Below the pieces are notes generated by a model. That model was not told where the DNA came from, did not search any database, and saw nothing but the letters and a program-made list of their open reading frames with translations. DNA of 32,000 nt. It comes from Desulfocapsa sulfexigens DSM 10523 (GTDB lineage Bacteria > Desulfobacterota > Desulfobulbia > Desulfobulbales > Desulfocapsaceae). The translations under genes were made by a program, and so were the position numbers. Below, in pieces: positions 19,541-26,760 of this stretch (position 1 is the stretch's first letter; every line of letters begins with the position of its first letter). Location: NCBI RefSeq assembly GCF_000341395.1, contig NC_020304.1, positions 2,940,001 to 2,972,000 of the forward strand. Reading direction: 5' to 3'.

Positions 19541-19750
19541 TTCTTTCATGCTCATTAGCTGATATCGAAAGCTTGTGCAATAAACGAGAGGTGTTGGCAA
19601 TTCTGTTCAGGATCGTTATCCCTGTAGAACCGAAGATTTCACTGCAGACTCTCATGTTAAATGGTAATATGAAGAAGGCACCTCAAGCGATAGCATCATT
19701 AAAGAACGCAGGCATTCAATGGTTAAGGCAACAGATCGGAATGTAATAAT

Positions 19751-20001
19751 GATTTCAATACACCCCAGGTTCGCTGAGGCGATTTTTTGAGGTGAGAAAA
19801 AGGTTGAATTCAGTAAGCTCAATATACCGAAAAGCATCGAACACATCGTTCTGTATCTAACGGCACCAGAGAGCAAAGTTGCCGGTTATTTCCGTGTCGA
19901 AAATGTAGTTGAGGCCAGCGCCGCAGAGTTGTGGAGAAATTTCATGACGTATCCGGAACCACTGAGGAGTTCTTCTTCAGCTATTACGGTAAAGGGTAGC
20001 T
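19751..20001 (+). pseudogene. ASCH-domain protein pseudogene (in-frame stop, frameshift, 3' truncation)
   Basis: Conceptual translation MISIHPRFAEAIF*GEKKVEFSKLNIPKSIEHIVLYLTAPESKVAGYFRVENVVEASAAELWRNF, then HDVSGTTEEFFFSYYGKG* in another frame. Resembles ASCH/COG4933-type proteins. TGA at 19790-19792. Confidence 0.65.
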
Positions 20002-20005
20002 ACAC

Positions 20006-20193
20006 AATAGGGTCGGACTAAGGTACCTAGCTGGTTTGTTGTTGAAGTAGGCTAGAAAACAAAAGATTTTTGCTCTTAGAAGCTCTTTTTTACCCCAAAA
20101 AGAACCTTTTAAGGAAGTGGCTAATGTTCTGATAATAGATATCTTTTTGACTTAAATGACAGTAACTCAGACTGATATCTTGGTCTGACCCGG
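20006..20193. repeat. Copy A of a MITE-like repeat with short terminal inverted repeats
   Basis: Shares acaatagggtcggac, cttagaagctc..ttttacc and a 51-nt block (42/51 identical by my count) with copy B; ends are gggtcggact (20012-20021) and ggtctgaccc (20184-20193). Confidence 0.6.
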
Positions 20194-20262
20194 TTACCAG
20201 GTTCCGTTACCAGTGGCTGGCACGCGGGGCCTGGTTTCTTTTCTTTTGAGAGAGGCACATCT

Positions 20263-21930
20263 ATGATGCGAGTGAATGTCCTGACTGTTGCCCTGGCAGC
20301 CTCCCTGGCCGTGCTCTTGATTTTACCGTTGGCGAGCTTTTTCTTTTTCGTGCCGGCCTATCAATTTATGTTGACCAGCATCACCGAGGAAGAATCCATC
20401 CGGGTCGCCAGTCATCTTGCCACTTCCATTGCCACCGAGGGGACGCCCATCAACCGCAACTCTCTACAGCCTCATAAACATAGAGAAATAAGGGCGCTTG
20501 TTGAGGATTTTAAATTAAGAAAGTTACGGATTTTTTCCGATACCGGCGAAATCGTATTTTCCACGGATGCTTGGGAAATCGGGACTCGCACCACCAGTGA
20601 GTATTTTTTCGAGGTAGTGGCCAAGGGTAAATCCTTGACCAAACTGGTGCATAAGGATACGCCGTCCATGGACGGGCAGGTGCAGCCGATTGATGTGGTG
20701 GAGACCTATGTGCCCATCATGGAAGCGGGCAGGTTCATGGGGGCCTTTGAAATCTATTACTCCATCACCATGCGTAGGGAAAAGTACAACTGGGTGGTCA
20801 GGAGGTACTTGTACACGGTATTTGGAGCGACCTTGGTCCTACTTGTGGCGGTTGGGCTTACCATCCACAAGGCTCGTAGTCATCTGGAGAAACGGAATCG
20901 AGCCGAAAAGGCGTTGCAGAATGCCCATGATGAACTGGAGGTTCGGGTTCGGGACAGGACCGCTGAGCTCAAGGAGAGTAACGAGGCTCTGGTTGCCGAG
21001 AACAAGATGCGTAAGGCCTTTGAGGCGGAGCTAAGATTGGCCGCCAAGGTGATTGATAACATCATTGAGGGCATCTGCGTTACCGATACCAGTGGCACCA
21101 TTGAAAGGGTCAATCGAGGGTTTAGTGATATCACCGGCTATGAGGCCAAGGAGGTGGTGGGCAATAATCCCCGTATCCTCAAGTCAAACCGCCACTCCCC
21201 TGAATTTTACGAGGCGATGTGGAAATCGCTGGGCGCCACTGGTACGTGGCATGGCGAGATCTGGAACCGACGCAAAAGCGGTGAGATCTATCAGGAATGG
21301 TTGTCAATTTCATCAATCAGAAATGAGGATAACCGGATAACCCACTATGTTGGCGTCTTTTATGAACTCAAGAGCCTGCTGGAAAAACAGGAACATCTGT
21401 CCCGCAAGGCCTTTCACGATGCCTTGACCAATCTCCCCAACCGCGAACTCTTCTTTGACCGTCTCGATGTTGCCTTGTCCAAAGCTAAACGCCAGGAGCA
21501 GCAGCTGGCCGTCATTTTTATTGATCTTGATGATTTTAAGCCGATCAATGATACCTTGGGCCATCACTTCGGCGATGTTTTTCTACAGGGCGTGGCAGAA
21601 CGCCTTGTCCTCTGTTGCCGTGAGGAGGACACCGTGGCCCGCTTGGGGGGGGATGAGTTTGTCATGCTCCTTACTAACGTGGGTGGCTTGCCGGATGTGG
21701 TGGCGGTGGTGGAACGGCTTTTCTCACATCTGGGCGTGCCGGTAAGCCATCAGGGCAAGGAGATGACAATCAAGGCCAGTATCGGCATCGCCCTGTATCC
21801 GCAAGACGGAGACGAGGTGGAAGTGCTTCTGAAGAAGGCGGATGCCGCCATGTATGTCGCCAAAAACACGGGCAAGAACAACTATCAGTTTTATCAATTA
21901 TCAGGGCTTGTCATTGGTGATGACAAATGA
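20263..21930 (+). CDS. Membrane-bound diguanylate cyclase (extracytoplasmic sensor, PAS, GGDEF)
   Basis: Two TM segments flanking a periplasmic domain, coiled coil, PAS (VIDNIIEGICVTDTSGTIERVNRGFSDITGY), GGDEF motif LGGDEF at 21646-21660 and inhibitory-site RxxD (REED) 5 residues upstream; no EAL domain. Confidence 0.93.
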   Translation: MMRVNVLTVALAASLAVLLILPLASFFFFVPAYQFMLTSITEEESIRVASHLATSIATEGTPINRNSLQPHKHREIRALVEDFKLRKLRIFSDTGEIVFSTDAWEIGTRTTSEYFFEVVAKGKSLTKLVHKDTPSMDGQVQPIDVVETYVPIMEAGRFMGAFEIYYSITMRREKYNWVVRRYLYTVFGATLVLLVAVGLTIHKARSHLEKRNRAEKALQNAHDELEVRVRDRTAELKESNEALVAENKMRKAFEAELRLAAKVIDNIIEGICVTDTSGTIERVNRGFSDITGYEAKEVVGNNPRILKSNRHSPEFYEAMWKSLGATGTWHGEIWNRRKSGEIYQEWLSISSIRNEDNRITHYVGVFYELKSLLEKQEHLSRKAFHDALTNLPNRELFFDRLDVALSKAKRQEQQLAVIFIDLDDFKPINDTLGHHFGDVFLQGVAERLVLCCREEDTVARLGGDEFVMLLTNVGGLPDVVAVVERLFSHLGVPVSHQGKEMTIKASIGIALYPQDGDEVEVLLKKADAAMYVAKNTGKNNYQFYQLSGLVIGDDK

Positions 21931-22013
21931 CAGAAATGAGGATGTACACGATAAACTAGTATACGATGGGGTGTGGCACGATAACTGTAAAAAAACAATA
22001 GTTAACAATATAA

Positions 22014-22262
22014 ACAATAGGGTCGGACCAAGCTAAATATCTGTTTTACTGTTTAATGTGAGTTTTAAAGTACCCGTTTTTACACTTAGAAGCTCGCTTT
22101 TTACCCTAAATAAATGTTCTAAGAAATTAGAGATCATGTTGAATGAGGCTTCGGCTTCTTATAATACACTTTTTGAGGGTAAGAGAGCACTCTAAGGCCT
22201 TGTAATAGCTATTTTGTTGACTTAAATTACAGTAATTCAAACTGATGGCTTGTTTCGATCCC
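22014..22262. repeat. Copy B of the MITE-like repeat
   Basis: acaatagggtcggac at 22014-22028, cttagaagctcgctttttaccc at 22085-22106, and the 51-nt block at 22202-22252 matching copy A 20134-20184; carries extra internal sequence. Confidence 0.55.
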
Positions 22263-22326
22263 GCCTCCGCCTCTCCAAAGACATGGAAATATGATCTAAC
22301 CATCTGTCATGATTCAAGGATTTTTC

Positions 22327-23787
22327 ATGGACCAAAAGCATCTGATGATTGTTGCAGTTCTGTTTTTACTATCCGGGATTTTCACAAGTATCGTTCCGGT
22401 TCAGGCGCAAATTAATGAAACTGATCAGTCTGGTAATACCATTACGGAAATGCCTAGTGATGTATCAAGTGGCACTTCGGCATCAACCAACATTATCGGC
22501 ACAAACACAACTATTGACAATCCGCTTGGGTTAGTTGTGGATAAAGAATGGATTTATGTAGTCAATAGAGATGGCAACAGTGTCGATATCTTTCCCAGAA
22601 AGGGGAAAGGAAATATCGCCCCGACACGTAGCATTTCCGGGCCGAACACAACCTTAAGTTCGGCTGCCGGGGTAGCTGTTGATGCGAATTGGATTTATGT
22701 GGCCAATCCTGGTGGTCACAATATTCTTGTGTTTCCCTTAACTGGAACAGGAAATATTGCCCCAACCCGCATCATTTTCTCGAGTAATTCTTCGATGTTT
22801 GAACCTTCCGGTGTAGCAGTAAATGAGAACTTGATATATGTAACTAATCGTAACACTCACAGTGTCCAGGTTTTCCCAATCGATGCCACAGGCATGCCTC
22901 CCGAGAATAAGGAGCCTGATAGCACCAGTTATTGGGGAAGGTTAAGCAGCCACGAAGAAAATGCTGTAGGTATGACCTATGACGATGATAGCGATGAACC
23001 ATTCCTCGATTTCAAGGTTTCCTTAAAATACCCAATATTACATGATGGGATTCCAGACTCTCCTTTCTCACCCCGTCTGTACTTCGCGTTTACCGGTAGA
23101 TTTGGACAATACGTGTTCACTCGCGACTCATCCCCTGTGATAGGCAAGAGGTTCAATCCCGAATTCTTTCTTAGAGGGTGGACTAACACCGATCCTAATA
23201 AGGAGGTTTACTACAGTTTCTATTTGGGCCATGAATCAAATGGACAAAGTATAAACTCACAGAACGAATACTATGGCAAGCAGAATAGTCTTAGAGAAGA
23301 CAAGGAGAACCCCTATTATGCAAATGACTACATTAGTAGGGGGTGGGATTACGTTGGGTTTGACTTTAGAATGAAGAGAGTGAAACTTTCTAAGTTTGAT
23401 TTTATTTTTACCCACGAGTTAAAGTTAAGGTACTTTCTTGAATGGGGGCCGCTCCAGAAAGATCGAGAAGATTATAACGACTGGGAAAATGACTCTGAAG
23501 GAAAACCGCGGGAATACGTAGATGGAATTAGTTATAATTTCACAACCAATCTGAAACTCGATGATGATTTTCTAGATTTTATTACTGGTGGGGATATCTC
23601 TATAGACCTTACCACTGGCTACTCGAAGATATTCAAGTATTTGACTATTAGGGGTGAGTATGGGCTATTATTCTGGGATAATCTCCCCATTTCCGTATGG
23701 GCTTCCCATGGGTATAATAGCGACCTGTCCCTTTATTACAAGAAAGTTACCAGTTTCGGGATCCGTTTAACTTTGCGGAGTTTCTAA
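22327..23787 (+). CDS. Secreted/outer-membrane protein: NHL-like repeats fused to an outer-membrane phospholipase A (OMPLA)-like barrel
   Basis: Signal peptide MDQKHLMIVAVLFLLSGIFTSIVPVQAQ; repeats GLVVDKEWIYVVNRDGNSVDIFP, GVAVDANWIYVANPGGHNILVFP, GVAVNENLIYVTNRNTHSVQVFP; then YLGHESNGQS...YISRGWDYVGFDF, resembling the OMPLA H-x-S-N-G ... S-R-x-W signature; C-terminal F. Confidence 0.78.
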   Translation: MDQKHLMIVAVLFLLSGIFTSIVPVQAQINETDQSGNTITEMPSDVSSGTSASTNIIGTNTTIDNPLGLVVDKEWIYVVNRDGNSVDIFPRKGKGNIAPTRSISGPNTTLSSAAGVAVDANWIYVANPGGHNILVFPLTGTGNIAPTRIIFSSNSSMFEPSGVAVNENLIYVTNRNTHSVQVFPIDATGMPPENKEPDSTSYWGRLSSHEENAVGMTYDDDSDEPFLDFKVSLKYPILHDGIPDSPFSPRLYFAFTGRFGQYVFTRDSSPVIGKRFNPEFFLRGWTNTDPNKEVYYSFYLGHESNGQSINSQNEYYGKQNSLREDKENPYYANDYISRGWDYVGFDFRMKRVKLSKFDFIFTHELKLRYFLEWGPLQKDREDYNDWENDSEGKPREYVDGISYNFTTNLKLDDDFLDFITGGDISIDLTTGYSKIFKYLTIRGEYGLLFWDNLPISVWASHGYNSDLSLYYKKVTSFGIRLTLRSF

Positions 23788-23924
23788 GCAAACTGGGAAT
23801 AACACACTCCCTGTTACAACAACCATGCACCAGATGAACTGGTGATTGCACCCTTCTCTGTCCGGAATGTTGAAATGAACTTAATGTGTACAATTAATCC
23901 GTTAGGATTGTTTAAGTTGGTATA

Positions 23925-24065
23925 TCCTGTTGTTCCGATAGTGGTCAAAAGGCTGATCCTGATTTCACCCCTAGAAATACCAAAAAAAGCTTTTTTGAGA
24001 TTAATAGTCCTATAGTGTTTATTGATGAGGCGCATAGTAATTTCCTCACAAAGACTCATTACTAG
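23925..24065 (+). pseudogene. Possible remnant of a secreted DUF4350-like protein
   Basis: Frame reads SCCSDSGQKADPDFTPRNTKKSFFEINSPIVFIDEAHSNFLTKTHY* with no in-frame start. The DPxF.P...P.V.IDEAHxNF pattern recalls DUF4350-type N-termini from memory. Confidence 0.3.
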
Positions 24066-24238
24066 AAAGAGATAAGTAACAATGGAACACCCACAAATAT
24101 ATAAGGTGTGTAGATCCAACTGAATTCAGAATTGTTAGTAGAGTAATTCGAAGAGAAATATAAATATTCTGCAAACAAAGCATTAGCTATAGACTTGCAT
24201 AAGTCGCAGGCGGCTGAGCAGTGATTGGGCATATAAAA

Positions 24239-25321
24239 ATGAGAACCATGCACAATGCATATATTTACTCTGGTATTCTGAAAAGGTCCTTTCTGTCTCT
24301 GGTGGCAGCCGCACCCTATGTTACGCCTAGAAAGATAAGTAACGTGGCCCAGTGCGAAGTCGAGAAATATCGCAGGGTATTGAGCCCGAAATCTCTCCCT
24401 TATGTTGCCGTCATTGACATTACAAATACGTGCAATCTTTGTTGTCCCTATTGCCCAACTGGGACAAGGCGTGACAGCGGTCGAAAACCGGGGATGATTG
24501 ACATCCCTGTTGTCCGGAAACTGATCGATGAGGTTGGGGAGTATCTGGTCAGCGCTAATCTCTTTAATTGGGGAGAACCCTTGCTTCACCCGAGGATTGC
24601 TGAAATCACCAGCATGTTCCATGATGCACGTATCTATACGACTATCTCCAGCAACCTGAGCCTCCCAAGGCAAGAAGCCCTCGAGAGTGTATGCAACGCT
24701 GGCCTTGACTATTTGATGGTAAGCATAAGTGGCGCATTTCAGGCCGTTCATGAAATTTATCACAAGAAAGCCAGCCTCCAAACAGTCATTGAAAATACCC
24801 GAAGCTTGATCAGTTATAAGAAGGCAAGGGGATTAAAGAGACCTATTGTTGAGTGGAAATACCTTTTATTCAAACACAATCAGGACGAGGTTGAATCCGC
24901 ACGAACACTTGCCATGAAGATTGGCGTGGATGTTTTTAGAGTGGTTAAAGGCGGCGGAGCTACAGAGGCCATTATTGACAATGGCAGTATTCCCAGGAGA
25001 AATATTCGGGCCCCATTTTGTCATCAACTCTGGAATACGGTGGCGGTCAATGCTGACGGAGGGATCTCTCCATGCTGTTTTCTATTCTTTAAGGAGGATG
25101 ATTTCGGGGACTATCTTCAGGATGAGATCAGACAGATTCGCAACAGTGGTCGTTCTGTTGCGGCGCGGACTTTTTTTAGCCCTTCCTGTATCAATCAGCT
25201 TCAACAGGGGCTTCGTCACCCCTGCTTAAAATGCGAACTGGTACATGGCCAATCTCATCTAAAAGATTACCTGAGATCCAATTCTGCTGCAAAAAAGGGG
25301 CACCGAACCGGAGGACCATAG
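24239..25321 (+). CDS. Radical SAM protein with SPASM/twitch-like C-terminal Cys region
   Basis: CNLCCPYC (CxxxCxxC) motif, NWGEPLLHP, then FCHQLWNTVAVNADGGISPCCF ... C ... PCLKC. Start uncertain among the track start 24221, ATG 24239 and downstream ATGs. Confidence 0.88.
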   Translation: MRTMHNAYIYSGILKRSFLSLVAAAPYVTPRKISNVAQCEVEKYRRVLSPKSLPYVAVIDITNTCNLCCPYCPTGTRRDSGRKPGMIDIPVVRKLIDEVGEYLVSANLFNWGEPLLHPRIAEITSMFHDARIYTTISSNLSLPRQEALESVCNAGLDYLMVSISGAFQAVHEIYHKKASLQTVIENTRSLISYKKARGLKRPIVEWKYLLFKHNQDEVESARTLAMKIGVDVFRVVKGGGATEAIIDNGSIPRRNIRAPFCHQLWNTVAVNADGGISPCCFLFFKEDDFGDYLQDEIRQIRNSGRSVAARTFFSPSCINQLQQGLRHPCLKCELVHGQSHLKDYLRSNSAAKKGHRTGGP

Positions 25322-25823
25322 AAGCGTTAGAATTACGAAGACAGTTTACCTGTTTTCCGAGTTGGGATTGCCAGTTGAAGGTTTAAGCACGTTAACAGGA
25401 CAAATAGGTATGCTGCTGTGAATCGCCCCCGGACCCGTTATTTCAGAGTTGTCGTGTCGGTTATATTTCCATACCAGGAAAGCAAAAGGGGGCAAATCTG
25501 CTTTTGGCTTTAGTTTGGCCTCAAAGGACAATTAATGGGTAGACCGCAAAGTTGATTTATGGGCCGAAATGGGTAATAGAGAGTTCAAACGGCCAAAAAT
25601 CACCGAACAAGCCAATAACCTGATCGCAAAATTCGTCGGTTTCTCAAAACTTAATGTTCCGTGCTAAACGTATAGTTTTGAGCAAAGCCGTACCACGCAT
25701 TTTTGCGACAGATTATCGAAGCGTTAACACTGCAATTTAAAAGAGAAATCAGATTCTATTACGTACGTTGGCTAAATCTGCCGGTTTTTATCGAACCGTA
25801 TTACAATATACCTCTATCCGTGT

Positions 25824-26750
25824 TTAACCATGGAGTTTGTCGGGATTCATGATGTTCTTCTCCATATGTTGGAGCTCTTCAATCCCGGAGACAATAATTT
25901 CTGGATCATATTCCAGTTGTTCTTTCGAAAGTTTTCCGTCATACTCCATATTGGAAAGAATATATTTGATGCAGTTAATTCTGGCTTTTTTCTTCACATC
26001 GGAACGAACAATTGTCCAGGGAGATAAGGTTCTGTTGGTCTCGGACAGCATCTGAAATTTACGTACTGAGTATTGATCCCAATATTCCTGAGCCAGATTG
26101 TCAACAGGTGAAAGTTTAAACTGTTTCAGAGGATCAGTCTTCCGTGAATCAAAACGCTCCTTCTGGACATCTTTGGAAACTGAAAAGTAGAACTTGAAGA
26201 GCTTTATCCCATCCTTAACCAGTAGCTCTTCAAGCATGGGCACATCCTTCAGAAATCGCTTGTTTTGCTCATCGGTACAGAAGTTCATTACCGGCTCAAC
26301 CATGGCACGATTATACCAGCTTCGGTCAAAAAGAACGATTTCTCCAGCTGCGGGAAGATGTGGAGTGTAGCGTTGAAAATACCACTGGGTTGTTTCTGTT
26401 TCATTAGGCTTGGTGAGTGCGGTTACTCTGGTATTCCTGGGGTTGAGGTTTGCCGTAATCCTTTTGATGGTGCCCCCTTTGCCTGCTGCATCCCTACCTT
26501 CAAAGATAGCAAGAATACGATCTCCACTGGCCTGCATATGTTTTTGCAGTTTCATTAATTCTATCTGGAGCATTTTGAGTTCCGCTTCATACTCAATGTG
26601 CCAGTTTTTAACGCAGATGGATGTTTTTCCTTTACCGTCTTTTGTGTTTATGTTTCTTAAAGCAGTTCCTTCAAGTAATCTGAATTTTTTACAGTCTATC
26701 TGTTCAGATGCATCATTTTTCTTTTTCTTTTTCTTTTTCTTTTCTGACAT
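25824..26750 (-). CDS. ppk2: Polyphosphate kinase 2 family protein (PPK2), copy 1
   Basis: Walker A IFEGRDAAGKGGTIKR; IVLFDRSWYNRAMVEPVMNFCT; ends in a PPK2-typical C-terminus. Confidence 0.93.
   Translation of the reverse strand: MSEKKKKKKKKNDASEQIDCKKFRLLEGTALRNINTKDGKGKTSICVKNWHIEYEAELKMLQIELMKLQKHMQASGDRILAIFEGRDAAGKGGTIKRITANLNPRNTRVTALTKPNETETTQWYFQRYTPHLPAAGEIVLFDRSWYNRAMVEPVMNFCTDEQNKRFLKDVPMLEELLVKDGIKLFKFYFSVSKDVQKERFDSRKTDPLKQFKLSPVDNLAQEYWDQYSVRKFQMLSETNRTLSPWTIVRSDVKKKARINCIKYILSNMEYDGKLSKEQLEYDPEIIVSGIEELQHMEKNIMNPDKLHG
26716..26744. repeat. A/T homopolymer-rich hexamer microsatellite inside the 5' end of the ppk2 copy 1 CDS
   Basis: tttttctttttctttttctttttcttttc, i.e. consecutive (tttttc) units encoding the KKKKKKKKK run after MSE. 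Confidence 0.9.
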
Positions 26751-26760
26751 CAGTTGCTCC

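Noticed and set aside
20263-22036. Smaller ORFs overlapping the diguanylate cyclase (20690..21034, 21053..21340, 21455..21745, 21842..22036)
   Set aside because: Alternative-frame shadows of a long GGDEF reading frame with intact motifs; no independent support.
20006-22262. Repeat pair as CRISPR or integron attC sites
   Set aside because: Only two diverged copies of about 180-250 bp with a gene between them; no short regular repeat-spacer array, and no clear attC R'/R'' core (GTTRRRY) organisation that I can defend.
22253-22277. Complete tRNA gene
   Set aside because: Only a T-loop-like 3' string is present; no cloverleaf or anticodon arm precedes it, so no tRNA feature is called.
23814-24119. 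101-aa ORF labelled + in the track (MDLHTLYICGC...)
   Set aside because: The sequence matches only the minus strand (TTG start at 24119, stop at 23814), so the strand label is wrong. It also lies opposite the remnant at 23925-24065 and shows no recognisable family.
24062-24781. 239-aa ORF labelled + (MEAGFLVINFMNG...)
   Set aside because: The translation matches the minus strand, antisense to the radical SAM gene; treated as a shadow ORF.
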